NCBI GenBank assembly: GCA_965235115.1
Contig: OZ249436.1
Span: 51,710,001-51,774,000 of the forward strand
Origin: Laetmonice hystrix
Taxonomy: Eukaryota
Length of the DNA: 64,000 nucleotides
Reading direction: 5' to 3'
Positions within the stretch are counted from its first letter, which is position 1; the number at the start of each line of letters is the position of its first letter. This document shows, in pieces, positions 1 to 13,009 of the stretch. Under the pieces are notes generated by a model. It worked only from the letters and a program-made list of their open reading frames with translations. It had not been told where the DNA came from and made no database searches. The translations under genes and the position numbers were made by a program.

Positions 1-936
1 ACCTCCATATATGAAACTATGCCATATATATAACATGTTAATATAGTTAAAAAAGAAATTCTTCAAACTAAAAAACAGTTCAATATTCTTTATTGATGCA
101 AAAACTCCACTATCCAAGGGTTTAAGTCCAGGTTTTGACAGTGAATTTCCTACTTATTGTCAATTCACTGGTAACTCTCCAACAGCAGGGTGATTGTTGA
201 AATGATAATCAGTATGACGTTCACATCCTTCATTGCATCATTCCACCATATATATACTCAATTCTTTCTATCGATGCTATTCTCTGAATTTCTTCCTAAG
301 ATGAGTTTCTCGTTGCTCAGAGTCATTATTTTAACGATAGAGAATGTCGGCCTTTAAGTAATCGGCGCCAGAGGACAATTAAGCCCCTTCTGGTACTCAG
401 TCTCTTTTTTATGCCATGTTTCTTCATCCTTCGGTACACGTTAGGTTTATAATGCTCCCTGACTTTTGTGCGCACCTGCTGCTTTGTTCCACAAGCGGTA
501 AGGTTCTGTTGTAGAACTCGCTGAAGGAGTGACATCTGTTCAAATGGCTGATAGCCACTGCATGCCGTATAAGTTCGTATTGTGGTTCCCAGTAGTGCTG
601 GCCCCTGAGCAGAACTTTGCAGTGATGAAGTAGCCCCATGAGAGGACAGGCCAGTCTGTTGACGATAGCTGCATTCTATACTCAACCTTTCAAAACAGAA
701 AATATTAGTGGGTTGATTATTTTCATACACATAATATGTTATGAGGTGGGCATAAAAAATCTTGTCAAGATGTGACATTAAATATTTCAAAAAGCCAATG
801 GCAACTGCCTGCACCTGTGCACTGCTTCAGTTCACTTTTGACTTTAGTTTAGGCTGACTCTGTTTAGAATTAGACTTAGAGTTATGGCAGTGGTTATTCT
901 GCCGGCATATGGATGGGTCACGTGACGGCAATACTG

Positions 937-1095
937 GGGCCCATTTTACTAAAGAGTCGATAATAACGACGTCGATAATTTAGCAATAACATAGAAGTGA
1001 ATGGGTTGCTAGGTCGAAAACAACAACCCAGCAACCATTCACTTCTATGTTAAATTATCGACGTCGATATTATCGACCTTTAGTAAAACCGGCCC
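937..1095. mobile_element. Palindromic MITE, PIF/Harbinger-like
   Basis: GGGCCCATTTTACTAAAG...CTTTAGTAAAACCGGCCC, self-complementary along most of its length, flanked by CTG/CTG (CWG-type TSD). Confidence 0.8.
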
Positions 1096-3423
1096 CTGGA
1101 TTCTTATTAGATGGTGCCTGACAGCAGAATAGCAGATTATCTAATTAGTGCCTAATTAACAACAGTTTTGGGACTAACACTAACGCTAGGCCTAGTTCTA
1201 ACCTTAACTCTAACCATGCTAACCCAAACATATTGTTTCGTGTCTGTAATAAGTCAAACTAATTAACTCTTTCTGCCGTACTAATTTAGTGTGTCATTAA
1301 TTTGTCATAGACTCTAGACTAGACTAGTAGATCATCTACTATCTGTGTTCATTACAGGCTGCGTATTTGCATCATTCACGCATATTTTTTTCTACTGACG
1401 CTAATTTCATGGTGTGCCTACAGGTGCCAATATGGCGCACTCCCCACAATACTGGCGCAAACTATGTGATGCAAATAGGCCGCCATTAATACATTGGTCA
1501 AAACTTACCATTTTAATTAGCTTAAATGATCGTATTTTATTTATCAAAGAAACCATCAGGATGAAGTTTACACATACAATATTATTTTTCTAAATGAACT
1601 TCATGCATGGTCATCAAGGTAAGATTGTATTTAACTCAGAGTGTTCAATAATAAACTTTTTTTTGACAACAGTTAGTCCAACAGACATCAAAATTTACAT
1701 GAAATTTAGTGCCAGATCCTGATAATACATGTAATTTGTTGTTGTTTAACTTAAAGGAGCGGTTATTGTACAAGAATATGAACTGTGTGTAAGCCGTTTT
1801 AAAGACCAATTCCCCTAGTGACGTCATCAGGGGCAATGGTAAAGAATAGGCAGGAGTGAGACTGTGATGAGGCGCGAGATTCGAATTTTCAATATTTTTC
1901 TAAATTGAGAGGACTTCTCAGAAAACCTATCAGGGATACGGCTACAACTCAAAGTGATCTATCTAGATCAGTAAAGTTACCTATGTGATGTCAGTTGCAC
2001 TTTAAAGTTAAACGGTTGCTGTAAAACGGCTGCTGTAGGCCGACTGACTGATATTGTTCAATGCAGTGGTGCCCATAGCTTTGCCTGTCTATGAGGCCAA
2101 GGAACCATACGTGTCCATGACCCTTTCACTCATGGCCCTAATTGCATTAGTAGAACCTAGTAGTAATAGTACAGATGTATGTTACAGTATCATACTCATA
2201 GTTTATGTATGGGCCCGCCTTGGCTTTTTTTGGCCTTGCCGCTTGCGCTTGGCCCGGCCTTTCTCCAAAACGAACACTGTACTCAGTGTAGTACTGCTGG
2301 ATTTGCGCTACTAACACCTACCGTGGTACGTATCGAGGTGTAATTCGAGATCTAAAGTGGTAGCTTCTGCGACATAGTGCAGATATCGCACGAATTCCAA
2401 TCATCATAAGGTAAACCTGGGCCTATCAGTGTTCGGAAGAGTGGGAGGAGCGGCCATGTGCGCTCAATATCGCTCAATCATGTCCTGTCTAAAAACCGAA
2501 ATTGACAGAAACGAGCCAAAAAGCGCTGAAACGGACCGAAATATTTTATCATTTACCCGGTCCCGGAACGGTAACTACATCATGAACATGAACATCCTAG
2601 TTCGGGCTCCCTAGTTCAGTTTCCAAACGGTGTTTTGACGTCTTGACTAGGGCTCTGACAAAACTTTTAACAGCAGTCACCGTTTCGTATTAGGCCAAAG
2701 CATTTGGCTTATTTCGATATTTGCACGCACTTGTATTTAGGTCTCCGCAGGTCAGTCGGATAATAATATCACCGAAGATCGTCGAACCATTGCAATGACG
2801 CTTATTAAAAACTTAATGCTAGGCTTATACATGTACTTCTCATAGATCTATATAAATAGATTGTGACTAATGGATTGTCCACTTTCTTGAATTAAATTAA
2901 AGTAGTGAGAACCTTTCTTCGATTTATTGTCGCTATACCTGAATCTAATCCCTTTCCCCGAGAAGTGGAGATCATCAAGGTGTAACGTTAGGCCTAAAGA
3001 TATTTGCAGAAGTTGCATAGAAGAATAGCCTGGATGGTTTAAAGCTCATTGAAAGGTAGGTTAGGCCTTCTAAAATCATATCGTCTCAATATGAAAGTCT
3101 AATGATGGTGCTGTTTTCCAAGTACTATCTATGGCATCACAACAAGTAAGAAGGAGGTCACCGCCACCACACTGCACTGGCACCAGTCTGCCCGTCTGCA
3201 CCACCACCCCATTTCCACCACCCGACTCAGACTGGCCACGGGCACGGCACGGCACAGACTCGATACACGCCGGGAGGCCTTTTACTAACGTTGATTTTCG
3301 CCAGTATCGCCAACACCGTCACTAATTCTCGCCAAATCGGCGATTTTGCTGGCGAGACGTCGGAGCAAATTCTCTAGGCCTAAATAAAATTGTCTGCTCC
3401 TAGAAAAAAAAAACTAGTCCTAC

Positions 3424-3450
3424 TGTCAAAATGGCGGACGTAAACAAACT
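3424..3450 (+). promoter_or_regulatory. YY1-like motif AAAATGGCGG next to a forkhead-like GTAAACA; possible promoter of ZNF paralogue 1
   Basis: TGTCAAAATGGCGGACGTAAACAAAC, ~3 kb upstream of the first coding exon. Motif match only. Confidence 0.25.
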
Positions 3451-5439
3451 CTCACCAGGTGGCGCCAGTTATTTCCTCAAACTGGATTTATGGAAATCTG
3501 AGGGAGCGCGAGTGTGGCCAAAACTTGGAAATTCTACATCTGTCATGTAGAATAAAATTCACCTGCCAGCCACTGCCACTGAGCCAGTGTCGCAGTCTGT
3601 ACCTTCCGCTGTATATTTGTGTTTTCTGCTTGTGTTTAACTACATGTATCTCTGTCTAATCAATCAGCCACCAAATTGTGGTCAATCATTGATGGTTGAT
3701 GTCCTGCGACTTTCAGTTTCAGAACTTACAAATGTCCAATCCGGGGACATCATCTACACCGATAGTGTTGTTTATCCTGGTACCTTATGCTGCCAATGCC
3801 CAATTGGAATAGCATTCGATTGGGAGCCAAAGTCAAGAAAACGCGGGAAAACGCCCAGTGGTGACACCCTATCAGTGCTAGGATCTTTTACCAACAAGCC
3901 AGTCAGGCTTGCCAACAAGCCAGTTGGGCTTGTACCTTAAAAAATTTATTAGCCCAACATGTACATTGTCATTGATAGAACTGACTAGCCCGACAATCAA
4001 ATAAGAAAAAACAAAAAACTATCATTTAAACAAGAAAGAAAAACATGTGGAAAGGATTTATGTTTTTTAATCATAAAATAATCAGCTTGAATCTAAAGTT
4101 CCCAGGGTCCGAAAAATTGGCCTGAGTTGGTCCCCAGCCATTTGTATTCGATGGCATTTTGTTTTTAAGTATCAATTTCTAAGGTTTATATTTTATTGAA
4201 TAGTAGGAGGGTAAAGAACACTGCATATTAGACACAGGTGCAAGTCACCCATTTATAACTTCATATTGTTGTGAACTAGCTTTTCTGCCTATCTATTTGG
4301 TTGGCCCTGACCGTCGATAACGCACCGACGGTGGTTTCAGGGCGGCCGGCGACTGTGGCCTACCGCGCTAGCTGACCGGATCAGTACAAATAGTAGATGA
4401 CCGTATGAAATTAACTGCCTCCGCGGGTGAGGGGTCCACCTCCATGGCGGAGGCTAACGGCAGGGCGGTATATTTGCACAGGTAGAGCTATGTAGCTCAG
4501 TCCAGTATTAGAATTAGAAAAAGGTACGGCGATAGCCTATGTCCAAGTATCCTACAGGTGTGTATGCCTCTAGAGGCAAGTTATAGGTCCAATCACGGTT
4601 GGATGTACTCGCGACCTGCGGGAGCGTATATATGGGCCCCGCAAGCGCAAGTCGTATAACGTACATCAATGTCCAAACTGCCGGTTTTAGCGGGAACCCT
4701 CATACTTATAGGGAGACCCCCAACATGGTCCGCGTCGTCACCCGACGCCGCTAGATGGCGTGACCTCCGAGCCAGGTCGAATGTGTTACCAGTTACGCCA
4801 CTAGGGGTCTCTCTAATCGCACTTTCACAACAATATTGTCATACTGGGTCATTTGAACTTCCCCGAATGGGCACCTCCTTTTGTGACAAAATCCTTTTTT
4901 AGGTGCCCTGATAAAATTTAGGTGCCCATGGGCATGCGGGCACATGATTTTTCGAGCCCTGATATAATCCTAGCAGTGTGCATTTCAACATTTGGTTGAG
5001 CAGAATACTGAAACCTGATTGGGCAGTTCGTATTTTCTCATATTGCGTGTTTGCAGCCTCGTTTTGAGGAATCCACCAGATGATTTCATTCACCACTTGA
5101 TGTGGACAATCTGTTGTTTGCCTATCACAACTGACCAAGTCCTGATATGTGCAGTTGTCACGAGCTCGCTCCATGCAGGCAGGCCAAGCTGGGTGAGGCC
5201 TGTTATAGTCATAGGCTAGCGTTGATATACCATACATGTAGGCCTAAAGTGACAAAGTCTATATATCGTATGATGATAAACAATGGGAATGTCAACATCT
5301 AATAGAGTATCTAGTTTACTGAATAGATCTACATGTCAGAGGTTATGGTATCAAGCGGACAGCCGTGATAAAAGAAGTTCTACCACTCCTAGCCGTGCAC
5401 TCCTATAGAGAACGATGGATTAACGATGGATTAACACCG

Positions 5440-5641
5440 TGAAAGGCGCCACCTCAGTAAAAGTGACCAACAGCACGGTCAGAGGTTGTAAGGAAGAAAG
5501 TGATTGGTTCAGAATCTATTTAATTATGCCGACACAATCACAATGACGACGACACAATTACTAACAATACGACACAATTACTAACAATTATAGAGAGCGT
5601 CACAATTAGACTGATATTAACAACTGAGGTGGCGCCTTTCA
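5440..5641. mobile_element. Short foldback/MITE remnant
   Basis: 19-bp inverted repeat TGAAAGGCGCCACCTCAGT / ACTGAGGTGGCGCCTTTCA; TSD not resolved. Confidence 0.55.
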
Positions 5642-5859
5642 TAACGTGCTCAGAATGCACTGCCACTTGTAAACACGGTTGTACTGTAGAGCTTATAAAC
5701 TCGGTAAGCCTTTTTTCTGATATTTTAGGTATTATTTATGAAATAAAATAGTGTCTAAGATATGGTATTGTCATGGTAGAACAGGGTTTAAACAATCACA
5801 ATGACGACGACACAATTACTCGGAACTCAATGTTCCGTCTTGGTTCTCGTGCTGTGATC

Positions 5860-5995
5860 TGGGGCCACACACTGAAAATCATGTTTAAACCCTTAGATCC
5901 AACATGGCAACAACTGTACGATGGCCAATGGGGCCACACACTGAAAATCATGTTTAAACCCTTAGATCCAACATGGCAACAACTGTACGATGGCC
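5860..5995. repeat. 69-bp direct tandem duplication
   Basis: TGGGGCCACACACTGAAAATCATGTTTAAACCCTTAGATCCAACATGGCAACAACTGTACGATGGCC occurs twice. Confidence 0.9.
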
Positions 5996-6570
5996 GAGAG
6001 GAATGTCCCGAACATTCCCGAGGTGGGCTGAATGATGGCTGTATGTCGGACTGGGAAATCCCTCGACGTGGGTGGGGAGTTATTATTTTTAGCATTCTAT
6101 GACCTAGATTTCCTCATGCACAATCATGACAATGACATCCAAGAGAAACAGTGGGGAGCTGCTGTGCCTTTTGTCACAGTTTTTGGGCCTAAGGGGAGGG
6201 GGCGGAGATGCAGCAATGACCAATGTCAACACAGGAAAAAACTTTCGACTTTTTGGATTTAATTAATTTTCAGTACGAAATCTTCAATAAATGAGGTCCA
6301 CCTAATGGTTTGAGATAAAGGGTTCAAATATCACACACGATGTGTTTAAAAGAGCATCTAGTTTGAAATGTTTTTTTAATCCGATATAGACTGTGAACCA
6401 ATAAATACTTATCTGTCAGCTTTGTAGGTTGCTGTGTTCTTGAAAGTCTTGAATTTGTTAAATAGATCCAGGTTCTTCTTTCTGTCAGTAGTCATAACAA
6501 ATTTTTTTTTATCCTTTTGTTTCATCAGCACAGGTGCATTGGTTTTTCAACTGGTCTGCTTCCTGCAAAA

Positions 6571-8796
6571 ATGGCTAATTCCAAACCACAAGCTATTAAA
6601 AAAATCTTGACAGAAGGCATTAAGAAGATGGTGTCTTCATACAAGTTCCACCAACATCTTCAACTTGAAATGCTCATGGTTGTCACATTTGACAACGAAG
6701 ACGCCATTGTGTGTAACATAAATGAGAAATTCACCCCAGGGAATATGGCTCAGAAGAAGACGCCTTCCAAGGCTAATCCTGTTCAGGGTCAGTCTGTACT
6801 AAAGCAGGAACCAGACACTAGCAATATCTCAGCACAGTGTGAGGTGACTCAGAAATCAAGTGGAGTGAAACAGTCAGAAGACAAGCCAACAGACGATGAC
6901 GATAGAAGTGGTCCCTCAAGTGTTCCACCATTAGAGCCAGGGAGCATGAGAACAAGTTCACAAGCACATCCAGTATTGCAAGGTGCACAATTACCTGTCT
7001 CACATGAATCTGTCCCAATCTCAATTCACCGAGTCCATGTTCACACCATAGGTGCCAGTAATAAGGGCACCAAGGCTGTGACAGAGGCACTAAACTCCTC
7101 GGATTCTAGTGTAACAGATATGGAGGCAACAGAATCAGATGTTGAAGCACCAGATGATGGGACTGAAGATGTCAAAAGTCCTGACATGATGGAAGTAACT
7201 CCGTTAGGTGAGGTGGAAGTGAAGAACGAAGTGAATGAACGTGATGATATACATGTAGATGCTATGGATGGCAGTGGCTCTACATCATCTTGGGTCGACC
7301 CTGCAAGTTATGGATCCTTCACAAGCATGACAACACAGTTGTTGGATCAAAAACTACCAGATTTTGATCCAGAATCAAAGGTAAGTTCAGAGTGCTATGG
7401 AAAATATGAGAATTACCAAATAGAGATTATGGACAAGTGGTGCTGCTGTCTTGGTCATAGCTGTATATTTATAAAACCTAGGAGAAGGTGATTACAGTAT
7501 ACTACATGGTGTATTGAATACTGATGCCCCAGGAAGGAATAGCAAGTTGTCATTAATTCTGAAACAAGTCAGCGGGGGTAGTTAAATGATTTGATAAGGG
7601 GTTGCAGTGACTGTCTTTTGAAACCTCAAGGAAACTGGAAATAAGCTCACCTGGATTTCTTAGGCGCACTCTTTTTTTCACTTTCAAAGTTTGGGCACTT
7701 TTAAAGTTACCGCCATACTTACATTGTAAAATGGACAATGACTTCCCCCACCCTCACCCAGGAGGCATAAAGTTGTTTGAGCATGGATACGGTTGTTGAC
7801 ATGTGGCTGGTGTGTCTATTGGTAGAAAACTACTTGGTTCTGATCACCTTTTCCCTTCGATATTTTCAGTTTGATGAGGATTGGGCCAGTTCAATAGATG
7901 GCAGTTTATCCAACATAATGAAGAGTAAGGATCCACCTAAAGTTTCAACTGTTACAAGCACCGACTCCCAGCCCAGAATACTATCTCCACCGGTCGGCCC
8001 CCCTTATTACTGCCGCTTCTGTAAGAAGTTTTATAAGAAGAGAAGGCTCGTGATAGCACATGAGAGAAAGCACACAGGGGAGAGACCGTTTGAATGCTAC
8101 CTCTGTGGCAAGGCCTTCCCTGTCAAAGCCAGCCTCAACACACACCTCAAAATACACAGTGGCATTAGGCCATATGCTTGCCATCTGTGTGAAAAGACGT
8201 TCCTGATGAAGGGCCACCTGCAAGCACACATCAAGGTGCACACTGATGAACGACCCTTCAAGTGTCAAGAATGTGAACGGTGTTTCCGCAATCGGGCATC
8301 CCTCCAGTCCCATCAAAGGACCCACACCAATGAAAAACACCTGAAGTGTAGACTGTGCGATGAAACTTTTTCCCGTCATGTGATGCTGAACAAGCATGAG
8401 TTGACACACCAGGGAGAGAAACAGTTTCTCTGTCCCCAGTGTGGGAAACGGTTCTGGGTTAGCCGGGACTTGACAGTTCACTTGAAAACTCACCTTGGGG
8501 AAAAACCCTTTCAGTGTCCACAGTGCTTTGAGAAATTCACCAAGGTGAGCTCTCTGAAGAGGCATGTTGAGGCTCACACTGGGGCCAAGAATTTTATGTG
8601 TGATATTTGTGGGAAGGTGTTTACGAGGGCCCACCAGGTGACCATCCATATGAAGAGCCACTTTGGGGAGGACCCTTTTCACTGTCAGATTTGTCAAGCT
8701 GGATTCAAATCTCGGTCATTACTAAGTAAGCATGTCAGTCAGCATCAAGCCGATCTTCAGGTACACCCTGAATACGAAACTAGCTATCAAAGCTAA
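6571..8796 (+). CDS. C2H2 zinc-finger protein, paralogue 1 (N-terminal domain + acidic linker + 9 fingers; ~578 aa)
   Basis: Exons 6571-7380 (ATG GCT AAT...TCA AAG|GTAAGT) and 7870-8796 (TTTTCAG|TTT GAT), phase-0 intron. Nine C-x2-C-x12-H-x3-H fingers with TGERPF/GEKPF-type linkers. A polypyrimidine/AG acceptor at ~6528-6533 implies an upstream non-coding exon. Confidence 0.93.
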
Positions 8797-9307
8797 ACAC
8801 TATTTGAATTTTGGGTTCTAATATCACATGCATACATAGTAATGTACTAGAGGCTGTCATACTTTCATGATTTATTCTCAATAGTGCTCATGTAAGTGTA
8901 TTCAGGAAAAAACTTGAGAAGTGATTGATTAGGTATGTGTTCTTGAATTTTCACTACCACATCCAGATACAATGACTGTCAATTCGCACATGTATGTGGA
9001 ATAACTTTATAGGTAGAGTCTGGCCTCATTTGTCCAAACAGCTTGGTGCTGATTAAAATGTGTTCAGTTTGTGAAACATACGGATTGCTGAATCATTTTA
9101 AATAGAATATGGTAAAAGAAGTTACCAGAAAGTGTGCTTGGATTGTGACGTACGAAATAAAGAAGTCCGACTGTATATGTATGTATTTACTAACTGATAT
9201 GGATTTCAGTGTAAAAACAGCAAATAAATCAGTTTTAACAACAATAATATGATGTAAATTTCTTAGATTCATGTCATTATCGGGTACTTTTTGCTCAGCT
9301 TTATTGG

Positions 9308-9822
9308 TCAATGCGGATTATTTAGGTAAATATGGTGTATATGGCATGGTGCGTTATATACAAGCAACCGTCTTTTCTTGCCCTTCCTAATACTGAGCAA
9401 GGATAATTACTAGATTACGGAAATATAGGTTGGTAGGGTAAGATAGTTGGTAGCACAAAGCCAGAAACGCGGTTTCATTTCACAAACTAAAAGTCACTTA
9501 AGTACCAAAGTTGTTGGCTTAGCAAAAAGTATGTTGGACAACCCCATGCCACGGGTAGCAGTGATAATTTTTGCATGGTGAGACCGTTCAATATAACTCG
9601 GCAAGTTTGGCCGTAGCTCGCCCCGTGAAAAAGTAACTTGTAGCAATGTGAAACAACAAGTCATTTAGCACGAGCATCATGTTATAGAGCTGACGTCCAG
9701 ACAATGACGACGATAGTATCCTGTTTGAAGGGACCCAGTTTGGCGTAATATGGCGGCCATGACTTTTGTATGAAAGATGGGAGGGTGGCCACACGTCATC
9801 GTCCCAGCGGGAATGTAGACTC
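9308..9822 (-). pseudogene. Decayed 3' fragment of the GT61 gene (copy behind ZNF paralogue 1)
   Basis: Aligns by eye to 30136-30712 (TTAGCAAAAAGTATGTTGGACAACCCC; AAAGATGGGAGGGTGGCCACACGTC) with frameshifts and stops; no 5' half. Confidence 0.85.
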
Positions 9823-10267
9823 GGCTCTCAAAAGTAGCCGGTCAGCGGCGGCAAAACACCATCTAAAACCAGTTTTGCCGATGGAAATAAGTCCAGTGAT
9901 GATAATTATAAGTTGATAGAGGAGAACGCTGCACACTGGACCAATGCCCTACTGAAGAAGTGGCAAGTGTTTGACTTTTTTACATGTAACATTGCATGCA
10001 TTGTACATTGCATGCCCAGCCTTTATTATATATAGCCCAGTCAGGGGGCAATGGGTAGGCAGGCGGCACTGACAGTTTGGGACGAATGCAATGCAGCTGA
10101 TTGTGGCAGCTTTTAACAAATCAGCAGTTAAACTGGGTGGGCCTGGTTTCTGTCATGGACGTGGAAACCTGTACCCCTGGCCTGGTTTCCTCTGCCAGCT
10201 GGTGTCACAGTCTGTACCTTCCACTCTAGTGTGCTATCTGCCTGTATTTAACTATCTCTGTCTAATG

Positions 10268-11663
10268 CACGGCATTTCCATGCCAACAGGGAAAACGGTG
10301 CAATTTTTTATTTATTGAATTTCCATCAAATGTGCAATGTTTTTGACTGGAAATACAGTATGTTGCCTTTTCAGGAAAACAACTACTATTGAAAGCTAAA
10401 CACTGCGTTCACGGATATACCACCTTTCAAACTTGATACATAAAAACATCTCTTTTCCTTCATTCCAGATAGCACTTTTTGCTGGCCCTCCTACAGCCCT
10501 ACGTTCAAATACCTTCTGAGTTTTAATGTTGATATAATTTCATTGGGCCTTATTCTCAATATTTTTGGCCATAAAACTTTTGTATCTAATCTAAATTTTT
10601 TATGACATTCTCCTTAAACCAACATTAAAAATTCTGTAACGCGAGTCACGGAAAAGGGCACTTTTTCTTACTACACTGAAGGCCCTGGTAGAATGAAACT
10701 GCCAATGATATATCTGTACCCCTTGTTCTTACTTAGGAAAAGGACACCAACAAAAGAGCTGTCCTCTCTTTCTCTTGTATAATATTAGGCATGGTATATC
10801 TGTAACGTGAGTCACGTGTAATGCGAGTCACAAAAAATGGGGTAGACAGTAGAGTAACAACCGAGGTCATTTTGTTTTTCTTGGATTCTAACTGATCAGA
10901 AAACTTCAATTAGGAGTTGCATGTATGCATCACTGTAGTGACTGTATCAAGGCTTCCTGCAATATACTTTATTAACCTTTTGTAAGAATGCCGGTTTATA
11001 TAATAATTCCTAGAATATGTTAAGACAAATTGATTCAATTAGCAGAATCAAATTTTTGAAAAAAAAGAGAAAAAAAAGAAGAAGAAAAAAAAGTAGGAAC
11101 CCCCTCCAATATTTAGACATTTTAAGGGGAAATAACAACTTTGGTCAAAAACATACTCTCCCTAAAACCAAATTCAATTTTTACAACACTGTAAGGTTAG
11201 AAATACGTACATATCTGTGTGCTGAAGTGTACCTTAATAATAGTCATGGGAAATATGTAATGCAAGTCACAGCAACACGAGTCACCCTGATTTTTCACAG
11301 TTGTGCCCATATTTGGGGGGAAAACCAATCCATTTTCTATGTTATCTGATACTGATAGCCCGTGTAGTTGTTAATAAATAACAGGTATTAATTCACTCCT
11401 GTCATTTATAGTTTGAGGAGAATTTGGAAAAGTGTTAGGGAAGATTTTTGCACTTTCCTTTTTGTGTAACGCAAGTCACGCAATAATTAGATGCAATTTA
11501 AAGACTAATTATGTAATCATACTAGTTTCTGTTCATATCATTTAATACGTTATGCAAATGGGTTTCTGAATACAACTGTTGGAATCTTTAAAAATAAAGC
11601 TGTAGCAGATACACTAAGATATAGTTTGAAAAGTGGGCAAAAAAGTCACGTGGAAATGCCCTG
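10268..11663. mobile_element. Non-autonomous DNA transposon (~1.4 kb), copy 1
   Basis: TIR CACGGCATTTCCA / TGGAAATGCCCTG; repeated internal motif GTAACGCGAGTCAC. Absent at paralogous sites ~3660 and ~18240. No TSD resolved. Confidence 0.75.
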
Positions 11664-13009
11664 CAGGTGATGATGTTTCAGCCACCAAATTATGGTCAAT
11701 CATGGTCGACGTGCTGCGACTTTCAGTTTCAGATTTACAAGTCTCGATTCAATATAAACTAGTTGGAATAGCATTGGAGGCAGAAGGGCCAGAACAGAGG
11801 AACGTACAAACTGCAACAGCTGTGCCCTGACCAAGGGATATACTTAGATAACTTTAGCGATATTCACACAAATCCAAAGCCTAGGCTAGCAGCCTATATT
11901 TTGGTAGCATATTTATGTGTGAACACAATATACCACATGCCTTTAGTTCTGTCTGAACACTGCTACTTTGGCCCACACCGGACCACATCCGATTTCAATT
12001 TTCAGTTGAAGTCAGGGGGCTACGATTGATGTTAGAAACCAATCAGAAAGTAATATTATAGTGGCACAGTACCCAGAAACTATAAAGGAGCTGATGATCA
12101 TCTGCTACAGAACCTAGTAGTTGAAATGCACATAGCTAAGATGTAGGTGTCGGGGCACGTGTGTAGTGGTGGTTCTCATTGCTCTGTATGTGTACATTTG
12201 GTGACCGCTCATCAACTGATTGTGTAGTCTGTGGGTGCTCATAACTTGCATTCACTTATTATCTTATAGTCTCTGAGGGGCATAGCTGACATGCTGCAGA
12301 GTCCTTGCTATACAATTGTCCAGGTGTCTGGAGTTAGGCTCCACTCTGGCGAAGAAAGATTCTGTTCATGCTGTTTTGCCGAAAGGCATAAGTGGCTGAT
12401 ACCCGCTGGGACCAGAGGTGTACAGACACACCTGAAGCTCCCCCTAACTTCAAAAAGATCCTTCTACCAGTTTGCTGGGGGTTTAGTCAGATTTTACTTC
12501 AGAAAAATGCTTGAGGTTCCGATTATTTGCAAATCAACATGACACTTATTTTCAGTGACAAAACTTGGACCAAGTGAACTATAGAAACCACAGATTTACA
12601 TGTATCATCTGTTGTTATTGCTGTCTTGGCTATTGTCATTATGCAAAAGTGGTATTTTAAAGGAGTTTGGTTTGCATGAAAATATTCAAGACTTGCACTA
12701 ACAAAAGTTCAAGACTGAGGAGCAGGCCACCTCAACCTCACCTCAGGGGTAAGGGCACCACAGCTGGACTTCAGATTTCATTTTTATTGTCAGGCAATGC
12801 CATTGGCCGTTGGTCACATTCACTTACTGACCGTTACTGAATCAATACATACTTATCTGTCGGCTTTGTACGTCTCTGTGTTCTTGAGGATCTTCTAAAT
12901 AGAGCCAGATTCTTCTTGCTAGGAATAGAAGTTATAACAAAAATTTTTTATCCTTTTGTTTCCACAGCACAGGTGCATTGGTTTTTCAACTAGTCTGCTC
13001 CCTGCAAAA

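Noticed and set aside
326..814. 162-aa - strand ORF
   Set aside because: Non-ATG start, no recognisable domain, and the homologous segment at 17388-17645 is disrupted; possibly a decayed gene or TE but unsupported.
10091..10318. 75-aa ORF conserved at 24042-24269
   Set aside because: Identity reflects recent segmental duplication, and the ORF runs into a transposon end.
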